A DNA stretch of 64,000 nucleotides, taken from the NCBI RefSeq assembly GCF_964355755.1, contig NC_092678.1, positions 19,981,365-20,045,364 of the forward strand, read 5' to 3'. The notes below the pieces were generated by a model. That model ran no database searches. It was not told the DNA's origin and was given only the letters and a program-made list of their open reading frames with translations. Position numbers and translations under genes: made by a program. Of this stretch, positions 1 to 11,000 are shown piece by piece; the first letter of the stretch is position 1; each line of letters starts with the position of its first letter. Source of the DNA: Antedon mediterranea (Eukaryota > Animalia > Echinodermata).

Positions 1-2260
1 CAGGAACAGAATGACGAAATGGATGAAGCATTTTATAAGTATGAAGTGGAAAGTGATTATGACTGGATAGACATGGGACCTTCAGACCCAAGCGATGAAG
101 AACCAGATGCCTGAGTGAGGCAGAGAGCTATCGCCCAGAGATTAGCAGCCAAGGCTGCAAGGAGATCTTTGAATATTAACCCTGGTAAGCCAACTGAAGC
201 CTCCATCTGTGATGATGATGAGGAGCTGAACAATCATCCAACTACAGGTAGGTCAGCCTTGCATAATAGCTTATCATTTAATATTTTCTTTAGGACATCC
301 CACATGATTTGTTTTAGTGTATATTAGTATGCTGTTGGAATATATTACTTTATAATTAAAGTTTAATTTGAAAAAACTTTTATCACAGTCAACTCACTCA
401 CTCCTGGCCTGAATGACTCATTACAACTAACAAGCGCAAAACATCTGCGATCGACACTAAAACTAGACACGTCCACCTGCCAGACATCACAACTTGCAGT
501 CATGTTCACCAATGATGAAGATGTGCATCTCAAACAGCAAGCAGCTACCTTTGTACAAAATGTCCTATCAACTGCAGTTGCAAAATGTCAAGACGAGAAC
601 AACACTGACCGTAAGAACATACACTATTATCAATTGATAACATACAGTATTTATTTGTAGATATCGAAAAGAAGTTTTAAGCTGTAAAAAAGGAGTGTGT
701 ACCTAAAGCCAACCTCTCTCCCAACACCCACCCAGTTAAATAGATAAATCAATTTTTCATCTTTTGTTTTTTTAAACAGATTCTTGTTTACATTTGTTCA
801 TTCTAATTTTTAAAGGAGACAGTATATTAAGCTCATCTTTTTCTGTTTTCTTTTCATCTCTTAATTTCCTTTTCATGCTTTGTTTTTCGACGAAAAATGT
901 TATGATGAATAAAGAACATTTGAATAAAAAAAAGATAAATATTCATGATTTGTTGTTATAATTGTTATTATTATTGTATAATTTTTAGAATATTAATTAA
1001 TTGTAATAATTATCAAACAAATTTCTCTATAGACAAGGCAACTGAAGCCCAGCAGAATACTGCAGCACAGCAGACTACTGCAGAAAAACAAACAACTGCA
1101 GCCTCCATCTCTGAGGAGGATGAGGAGCTCGACAAGCTTTCAAATTCTGTTGTTCAAGATGTTTTGTCGAAGGTCGCAGAAAATCTTGCCACCGCCAACC
1201 TGCTAACTGAAGAACAGCAGCCACCTGAATCAGCCTACACGGATACAGTAGAGAAAGATCAGAGGAAAGGTACAATATGACTTTTCATTCATATGAATTT
1301 TCATTTAAGCCTTAACCAATCATTTCCATACTGTTATTTTTTTTAACAATTTCAAATCTATATTATAACATATCAGTAACAGAATTTCCTTTTACCCTGC
1401 CCTAGATCTCACAACCGATACTTGCACAGAATACGGAGACCCTTTCTTCGGAATCAAAGGAGATACTGCTATGGCAGGTGGACAATTTGTAAGTAACTCA
1501 TAGACCTCACAAAAACAGGTACACAACAAGCAGTGGCATGAGCCTATTTCAATGTACTTAATTTACTGAATGTGAAAAGAGTGAAAAAATAATTCGGCTT
1601 CCCAAAAATAATTTAAAAATAAAGAAGATCTAGGCTATCAAACAACAGGACAATGACCATCCTTGTACATAAAACGTTTTGTGCGTATGCGATATGATTA
1701 TGCCCCACCCCACAACATTTCATTAGAGTCCACGGTACCATCCATAATCCGTATTATTTTTTTAAAGTTTTTACTATGTTTGAATTTTTTATAGGCATCA
1801 GATTGCAAAAGCATCCAGGAACAGAATGACGAAATGGATGAAGCATTTTATAAGTATGGAATGGAAAGTGACTATGACTGGATAGACATGGGACCTACAG
1901 ACCCAAGCGACGAAGAACCAGATGCCTGGGTGAGGCAGAGAGCTATCGCCCAAAGATTAGCAGCTAAGGCTGCTATGAAATCATCGAATATTAACCCTGG
2001 TAAGTTTATTTTTATTTTTAAAAGCTGATTTGTTTGTCTACGCTTTACAAATTCTTCCCTATTAGTAGGGCCTCATGAGTACTAAAAATATTCATTCATT
2101 TTAATGTTTAGACCAACACGAGCTACAAGACGTCGACAATGATGAGGAAACAAATTGCCGACCAATAGTAGTTGACATGACATCACTGGCTGACATGACA
2201 GCAGATGATGATCCAAACTTAACCTATCATGATGCTACGATAGACCAATACAATTACTGA
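1..2260 (+). pseudogene. Array gene copy 1 (3' part only), AKAP-like repeat protein with premature stop
   Basis: Exons D* <1-184/247, A 389-610, B 1033-1269, C 1406-1488, D 1795-1999, E 2112-2260 (TGA), all AG/GT and phase-compatible. Codon TGG(W) in sister copies is TGA at 112-114. AATAAA at 2372-2377. Confidence 0.7.
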
Positions 2261-2815
2261 ATACTTTAATCATATTTACAATGGACTAATTATAATCATT
2301 TCAATATTAATTTTTACGATAAAGATACATTATTTGATATGTTTGTTTTATGAATTTTACAGTTGTGCAATAATAAATGATAATTTGATATATATTGTAA
2401 ACTTTGTTTTTAATTTTATTTATTTCTCTTTCGGGCTTTTGATTTTAATATAGTTAATGAAATCTTTTTACTTTCCTACATTGAAGTACTTTCTATTATA
2501 ATAATTATAAATAAGAAATTTCACCTAATTAACACATAAAGTACTACAAATTATTATTGTCAATTCTGTATGATTTTAATTTGTTCTAAATTAATTATAT
2601 CCTTATTCTCATATAAAACAAAAAATCAATAAAACTGCTAAACTCAGTTTTTAAATAATTTTGATAATTTAATAAATAAAATTTTTGAATACAAGTATTG
2701 TAAGATGAAATGACAGAAATGTTAAAATTATTGAGAGAATTTAAAATATTAATTAATTCAGGCTTCTCTGAATATTGTTAAAAAAACCAAAAATAACACT
2801 CTGACAACATAAAAT

Positions 2816-2850
2816 CAGAGCCATATATATAAATATGATATATGGCTCTG
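2816..2850. mobile_element. 35-bp palindromic insertion with 8-bp TSD (probable P-superfamily excision footprint, or hAT/P micro-element)
   Basis: CATAAAAT-[CAGAGCCATATAT...ATATATGGCTCTG]-CATAAAAT. Paralogous copies at 16530-16560 and 28316-28347. Confidence 0.75.
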
Positions 2851-3574
2851 CATAAAATAGTTAAACAGCGCCATCTATTTTTAACGGTCGATAAACTTTT
2901 TAACAGCGGTTAGGCCCAACATTCGGTTCACGATGTGAGGACATAGTTACCATTTCTGGCATTATTATTATTATTATTATTTTATTTTTCTTTTATTATG
3001 TGATATTTTATAATAAAAAGATCACTTATTGTTATTGTATGAAAATATTATTATTGTTTTACTTTATTTTTAGTCGCGTTCAACGGTCGGTCGGTTGGTC
3101 GGTAAATACTAACTTGAGCACACGACTGCAACCATGTATATGGACTTGTTTCTTATTTTTACTATTTCAAAGAATTATTTTTTCACCAAAACACTTGGCG
3201 TTTGTCCATCCATAGTCGTCAGTTCTTGCACTTTTTTTAAATACCTTTTTGACAAAATTCTCCGGCCCAATTTCCACATTTAAATTAGTTTATTTTTGCA
3301 CAGTGACAACATCGTCGCAGATCCGTTTTTAATAGTGGGTGAAGGGATGTATAAAAATGAAATACTTTGCGAGCGAACCAAGGGCCCAGGTCGGGAACCA
3401 GGGGGATGGGGGAAAGCCCACTTGAAAGCTCGGCTCTTTGAGTAATTTATAGATCGTTTCAATCGATTTCTGAACACATAAAAATTCCACCCAGAAGAAT
3501 ACAATTAGGTTACGCATTTTTAAAGCACTGGTCCTGATGCCCCACTGGGTATATATTCACACAAAATATATAAT

Positions 3575-3924
3575 CTGTATTTGTATGTAGATACTGTATT
3601 TGTATGTAGATACTGTATTTGTATGTAGATACTGTATTTGTATGTAGATACTGTATTTGTATGTAGATACTGTATTTGTATGTAGATACTGTATTTGTAT
3701 GTAGATACTGTATTTGTATGTAGATACTGTATTTGTATGTAGATACTGTATTTGTATGTAGATACTGTATTTGTATGTAGTTACTGTATTTGTATGTAGA
3801 TACTGTATTTGTATGTAGATACTGTATTTGTATGTAGATACTGTATTTGTATGTAGATACTGTATTTGTATGTAGATACTGTATTTGTATGTAGATACTG
3901 TATTTGTATGTAGATACTGTATTT
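3575..3924 (+). repeat. 19-bp minisatellite (CTGTATTTGTATGTAGATA) x18
   Basis: Direct count. Only about 2 units at ~17284 and about 1 at ~29052 in the paralogous spacers. Confidence 0.95.
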
Positions 3925-4859
3925 TCAGAAATTACATACGATATGTCGATATAAGAAGTCTTACTTTCTATTTCATTTCAATAATTTAACGATTTTGCCT
4001 TTCAAAAGTGAGGGGGACAATCACTCACTAATCAAATTATCTACAACTCCGTGGATGCGTAAGATCGTATCTGTAAATTTGGTGATTTACTATAACAACT
4101 TTTAATTGATGTCCACTTGTCTGTTGTTAGTAACATACCTTTTACGAGCTTATATCGAATATTCTTCTTATGGCATGAGAACATTTCCCGAATGATCTTA
4201 ATCGAAACGGTACTGAGTTTGGTCTTCTAGCGTCCCAGCCGCTCCCCCAAAAGTCATCCATTCAGAAGCACTGATGAACACAGTTTATCCGTGGTGGCTA
4301 TGAGTGGTCCGGTCCCGGGACATGACTAATTATAATTATGCCCGAGAGCACTCTATAGAATTTCAATGAATTGTATGTTTGTACTAACTTAATGCTGTAC
4401 TTTATTCTTTATTCTTACAACCAACAGTGCACGGGTTCATAATACAAATATATATTTAAAAACACAACGATAACATGTTTATAATAATACCGTTCAAAAA
4501 ACATTTAAATTGCGAACCGCAACAGTTAAAAATACCTAAAAAATTATTAGATTTATAATTATAAATCTTGAAACGAAGATTATGAACACAGACATTAAAT
4601 TAAATTAGATTAAGACATTTAAACAGAAAAAAATAAATAAAAAAAATAAAGTCCTGTTTTGCTTTTCTTTTAAATGGGGGAAACGATATATACTATATAA
4701 CTTAGATTTAATAATTCATTAATTTTGTAGACGATTTCAATAAATCGTATAAATTAATAATATAACACATAGGCCATGTTTCATTTTATACCTACACTTT
4801 CTTAAAATTATTTTTGTGTTTGTAAACATTAATGTTTAAAAAACAAACATTCTTTGTGC

Positions 4860-5071
4860 CGCACTTGGGGTATGCGTATGACATGTCGGTGCGCTTTGCA
4901 TGACGTCACACAATCACCATGGATAGAAATGTAAACGTACGCACGAAACAAAACCTCAAATGGCAACTAGCGACAGCTTGTGCCGGATGGCTGGTGAATA
5001 GCCCGATAAATATCGGTCGTTTTTCCAGTCTTTACAACCGTTTTCGGAAGTATTTTAATAAATTAATTGAT
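4860..5071 (+). promoter_or_regulatory. Putative promoter/5'UTR of array gene copy 2
   Basis: Full CRE TGACGTCA at 4901-4908, X-box-like CACCATGGATAG and ATGGCAAC, GTAAAC, and locally CpG-rich sequence directly before coding exon 1. Confidence 0.55.
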
Positions 5072-8000
5072 ATGCCTATTTCTCTTTGTTGTGGAATTAA
5101 ACTCCGCCTTCCCAAATGTTTACGTAGAACAAGAATAGGTAAGTTAATTACGTTACATTACAACATAGGCCTAGTCTGATTCTAACTTTAGGCAAGTTAT
5201 CCTATCTAGGCACCATGCCTAATTTAGGTTATATTACAATGATCTGCGCACTTAATTAGTAACTGGTGTTGTTTTCTTTACATTTTTGGTAGGCCTATTT
5301 ACACTTTAAAAAGATAAGGTTAAAAGTATTAAAACTATGGGAAAATGGCATAATTATTGTTACAATAATGTTTGTTGTTTATGTAACCGTAGTTACTGAA
5401 CTTGTAGTGGTGCGTATAAAATGGTCGCGTAAAAGAGCATCAGCGCGGTCTTAGTTGACCTCTCACGTCACGAGATCACAAAAAGCGGTGTGACGTATGT
5501 AAAACAATGAATTGCTCTGGGGGGCGTGGCCTGTATTATAATCACAATGCTATTGGTGTAAAGTTAGGCGCTTAATTACGTCATAAAATGAAAAAAAAAT
5601 CGTGATACGTTGTTAAGTTGCGAGTGTGTGGGGTGTGTTTGTTGTCGAGAGTCGGTGGTTGATCGGGGTCGGATCCGTGGACGTGGTAGTTTGTACTAGC
5701 TTAGGCCTTAGGCTAGCTATAGGCCTACTAGGCCTAGTAGTAGAAGCAGTAGGCCTACTGGCCAAAACCACAAAACATGCCTAGCTAGGCCTAGGTAGCG
5801 GTACTACTACTAGCCTACTACAGTAGGGGTAGGCCTAGTACTAGCCTAGCCTATAGAGGGCCTAGCTAGGCCTAGAGCCTGCCCTGAGGCTAGCCTAGCC
5901 TCAGCTCAGGCCTAGCTAGAGTAGTAGGTCTAGACTCTCTAGGCTAGGCCTAATGCTAGTCATCTAGGCCCTAGCTAGGCTAGCCTCTAGCCAGCTACAC
6001 TAGCTTAGCCTCTCTATAGCTTTAGCCTAGGCTAGTAGGGTAGGTAGGCCTAATTAGTATATAGAATTATAGGTTAGGCAGCCTAACCTAGAGGCCTACT
6101 ACTAGGCTAGCCTAGGCCTTAGCCTAGTACTAGCTAGTAGAAAGCTAGCCTCTAGCTAGGGCTAGGCCTACTATTATAGGCTAGACTAGCCTAGTATTAA
6201 CTATTATTAGTTTAATAGTTTAGTATTACGAGGCCTCTCACTAGGCGATCCTATACTAAGCTACCCAAGAGTATAAGAGCCTACCTAGCTAGGAGGCCTG
6301 GCTAGTATTTTAGGCTGTGCCCTATCTAGCCTAGTTGATATCCCTTCCCAACCAACACTCTATCTTCACGCATTGCAAGGCCGTAGCGAGAGGTTAAAAT
6401 CAGACGAAGCAATATGCTTTTAATATAATTATATTATATAAAATATGAACTCAGCTTCTTAGTGGGCTGGGTTGTGAAATTTTCAGAGATAATTCGAGCG
6501 CCTCTTCTTCCTCATGCTAACTACGGCCCTGCATTGTTCATATTGGTATCTTTTTTTGTAGTTGTAGCAGTCTTACCAGCAGGACCCCCAGCCCCAGTAG
6601 TAGCAGCAGCAACAGGAGATGTAGAAGATGAATCCTATAGACCAATAGATGGAAGTTCAAACAATCAATCATCATCTTCACCTGCTGCAGGTAGGCCAGC
6701 CTTGCATAATAGCCTATCATTTACTATTTTCCTTAGGACACCACAGATTTGTATACAGTATATAGGGTATGCTGTTTACTTTAGAATTAAAGATTAATTT
6801 GAAAAATTTTTATCACAGTCAACTCACTCACTCCTGGCCTGAATGACTTATTACAACTAACAAGCGCAAAACATCTGCGATTGACACTAAAACTAGACAC
6901 GTCCACCTGCCAGACATCGCAACTTGCAGTCAAGAGCACCAATGACGAAGATGTGCAACTCAAAAAGCGTGCAGCTACATTTGTACAAGATGTCCTAGCC
7001 ACTGCAGTTGCAAAATGCCAAGCCATAGAACAAGACGAGAACAACACTGACCGTAAGAACATACACTACCTTTATGCCTAAGCCAATTGAAAGGCCTACC
7101 ACTAGCATAAATAGATATCGAAATAATTTTCTTGTTTTGTTTTTAGATAAAGAATTTGATGATGAATAATTGTTATTTGAATTTTTTTTAAATAAAGTCT
7201 TTTTTTTATCTTAATCATAAAAGAATTGTATAATAATTGATTATAATTTTAGACATATCAAAATAATTGTAATAATGTCTCTTTAGACAAGGCAACTGAA
7301 GCACAGCAGCCAGCTGAAACCTCCACCTCTGATGAGGATGTCGAGCTTGACAATCTGGCCACAAATCTTGTGGAAGAAACTTTGTCAGTAGTAATGGCAG
7401 AACAACTGGCAACTGTTCATAACAATAAAGCACATTATCCAACTGCAGGTAGGCCAGCCTTGCATAATAGGTTATCATTTAATATTTTCTTTAGGACATC
7501 CCACATGATTTGTTTTAGTGTATATTAGTATGCTGTTGGAATATATTACTTTAGAATTAAAGTTTAATTTGAAAAAACTTTTATCACAGGCAACTCACTC
7601 ACTCTTGGCCTGAATGATTCATTACAACTAACAAGCACAAAAAATCTGCGATCGTCACAAAAACTAGACACGTCCACCTGCCAGAGATCTCAACTTGCAG
7701 TCAAGAGCACCAATGACGAAGATGTACAACTCAAAAAGCGTGCAGCTACATTTGTGCAAGATATCCTAGCCACTGCAGTTGCAAAATGCCAAGCCATAGA
7801 ACAAGACGAGAACAACACTGACCGTAAGAACATAATACACTACCATCATGCCTAAGCCAATTGAAAGGCCTACCACTAGCATAAATAGATATCCAAAAGT
7901 AATTCAAGCCATCAAATGTGGAGCATGTGTACCTAAAGACAACCTCTCCCCAACACCCAACCCAGTCCACCTCGTTAAATAAACCAATCAATCTCTCATC

Positions 8001-11000
8001 TTTTTTTTATAATTGATTAAATTCTCTTTCACATTTATATTTAGATTTGTTCTCAGAATTGAAGGACAAAATATATAGCTCATGTTTTTCTGTTTTCTTT
8101 TCGTCTCTTAATTTAATTTTCTTGTTTTGTTTTTAGATAAACAATTTGATGATGAATAATGGTTATTTAAATTTTTTTTAAATAAAGTCATTTTTTTTTA
8201 TCTTAATCATAAAAGAATTGTATAATAATTGATTATAATTTTAGACATATCAAAATAATTGTAATAATATCTCTATAGACAAGGCAACTGAAGCACAGCA
8301 GCCAGCTGAAACCTCCACCTCTGATGAGGATGTCAAGCTTGACAATCTGGCAACAAGTCTTGTGGAAGAAACTTTGTCAATAGTAATGGCAGAACACCTG
8401 GCCACTGTTCATGACAATGAAGCACATCATCCAACTGCAGGTAGGCCAGCCTTGCATCCTCTAATAATATTTCTTTAGGACATCCCACATATTTTTTTTT
8501 TTTAGTTTATATTAGTATGCTGTTGGAATATATTACTTTATAATTAAAGTTTAATTTGAAAAAACTTTTATCACAGTCAACCCACTCACCCCTAGCCTGA
8601 ATGACTCATTACAACTAACAAGCGCAAAACATCTGCGATCGTCACAAAAACTAGACACGTCCACCTGCCAGACATCTCAACTTGCAGTCAAGAGCACCAA
8701 TGACGAAGATGTACAACTCAAAAAGCGTGCAGCTACATTTGTGCAAGATATCCTAGCCACTGCAGTTGCAAAATGCCAAGCCATAGAACAAGACGAGAAC
8801 AACACTGACCGTAAGAACATACACTACCATCATGCCTAAGCCAATTGAAAGGCCTACCACTAGCATAAATAGATATCGAAAAGTAATTCAAGCCATCAAA
8901 TGTGGAGCATGTGTACCTAAAGACAACCTCTCCCCAACACCCACCCCAGTCCACCTCGTTAAATAAACCAATCAATCTCTCATCTTTTTTTTATAATTGG
9001 TTAAATTCTCTTTCACATTTATATTTAGATTTGTTCTCAGAATTGAAGGACAAAATATATAGCTCATGTTTTTCTGTTTTCTTTTCGTCTCTTAATTTAA
9101 TTTTCTTGTTTTGTTTTTAGATAAACAATTTGATGATGAATAACGGTTATTTAAATTTTTTTTAAATAAAGTCATTTTTTTTTATCTTAATCATAAAAGA
9201 ATTGTATAATAATTGATTATAATTTTAGACATATCAAAATAATCTATATATAAATTTACGTAAGGGCAAAATTCGGTAAATCGCGCCTTACTTCTAGAAT
9301 TTTTACTCGATGGTATATAAAGTTGGTTCGTACTTTCGGTACTGATTTTAACCACCTGATGTAACCCTGTTTACTAATTAAATTAAGTTAGATAATTAGT
9401 TATTGACGATTAAAACGAATTTAGGTTCAACGATTTGCCCCAAATAGGGGTGTTTTCCGATCGTGGTATACACTGTCTAATGGATGTCCATCTTGAAAAA
9501 TACCCGCCACAAAAATGCGAGGAGGCTTCGCATTTTCCTATCTCCTCCTACGATAATTGTTTTTAATAGCTGAAAACCGGTTGAACAGTTCGAGTACAGC
9601 ATCATAATGTTGAAGACAGGCCGATTTTCTTTAAAAAATACTATTTTGATACATTTAATATACGTTTTTACAAATGTATTGATTTGTGATGAATGGAACA
9701 TTCCAAATTATTTGGTTTAACCATACAGGTATAGATTTAGATTTATGGGCCCCCTTGGAGAAAAAACATAAATAGTATTGCAATGCTGTACAATACTGTT
9801 AAGGTATTTACCACTTTTGATCGCAATTTGAATCGCAAATTTCTTACTGTGAGTGTTGGTACTGTTAGATGTAATATAAAAATATATACAAATAAACTTT
9901 ATTACTGTGAGTGTGGGTAGGCCCTACTGTTAGATTATAAACATATAATATACAAATAAACATTCCAAATTATTTGGTTTAACCATGAGGTATAGATTTA
10001 GATTTAGATTTATGGGCCCCCTTGGAGAATAAACATGAATAGTATTGCAATGCTGTACAATACTGTTAAGGTATTAACCACTTTTGATCGCAATTTGAAT
10101 CGCAAATTTCTTACTGTGAGTGTTGGTACTGTTAAATGTAATATAAAAATATATAAAAATAAACTTTATTACTGTGAGTGTGGGTAGGCCCTACTGTTAG
10201 ATTATAAACATATAATATACAAATAAATAAACGTTATTACTGACAGTTGCTTCTCAACGTTTGTATTAATTAATAATTTAAAAATATATAAACGTCGTAG
10301 TGGTGTATCGTTACATGTACTTTACTATTTCAATCGACTATGACAGTGAGAGTTTTAACAAAGTACCGTATTAAATCGTAAATGTTTTACTGTATTTAGT
10401 GGTATATTATTTATAGGCCTATAAAACATTAAAAACAATATTTCGTTACTGAGTGGATAAGAATATATTTTAAAATGTTTCCTCTTTGTACCTATCTTCT
10501 TCCCCCATCCCTCAACCCTTAATGTTACATACAAAACACAAATTGGGTTTGTTTAAATGAGTCCAAATAAAAAAATTTGACTCATTTTGTTTCTCTCTCG
10601 GAAGTAATTCCCAGGGTGCTAATTTTGGTTGACTACATAAATCATTGTGTATATTTATTCGTTTCTGTAAACGACAATGTGTTATAGTCCTGCGGTACGT
10701 ACATTTGAAATCTCCATTTTTTTCTCGCTGGAAATACTGTGTATTCGAGAACCATCTGTGGGCACGACCTAGATGGTACGCGAGCGAAGCGAGCGTGCCA
10801 TCTAGTTGTAATAATATCTTTATAGACAAGGCAACTGAAGCACAGCAGCTAGCTGAAACCTCCACCTCTGATGAGGATGTCGAGCTTGACAATCTGGCAA
10901 CAAGTCTTGTGGAAGAAACTTTGTCAATAGTAATGGCAGAACACCTGGCCACTGTTCATAACAATGAAGCACATCATCCAACTGCAGGTAGGCCAGCCTT

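Noticed and set aside
3103-3150. Match between the array spacer and 55327-55374 as a functional link
   Set aside because: It is short and diverged, most simply a fragment of a dispersed repeat.
3575-3924. CRISPR-like appearance of the 19-, 21- and 65-bp arrays
   Set aside because: They are head-to-tail repeats with no unique spacers and no cas genes, in a eukaryotic context.
4919-5071. Upstream in-frame ATG giving a 51-aa longer N-terminus
   Set aside because: It lies 10 bp from the CRE and within promoter-like motifs, so it is probably upstream of the TSS. Not excluded without 5' data.
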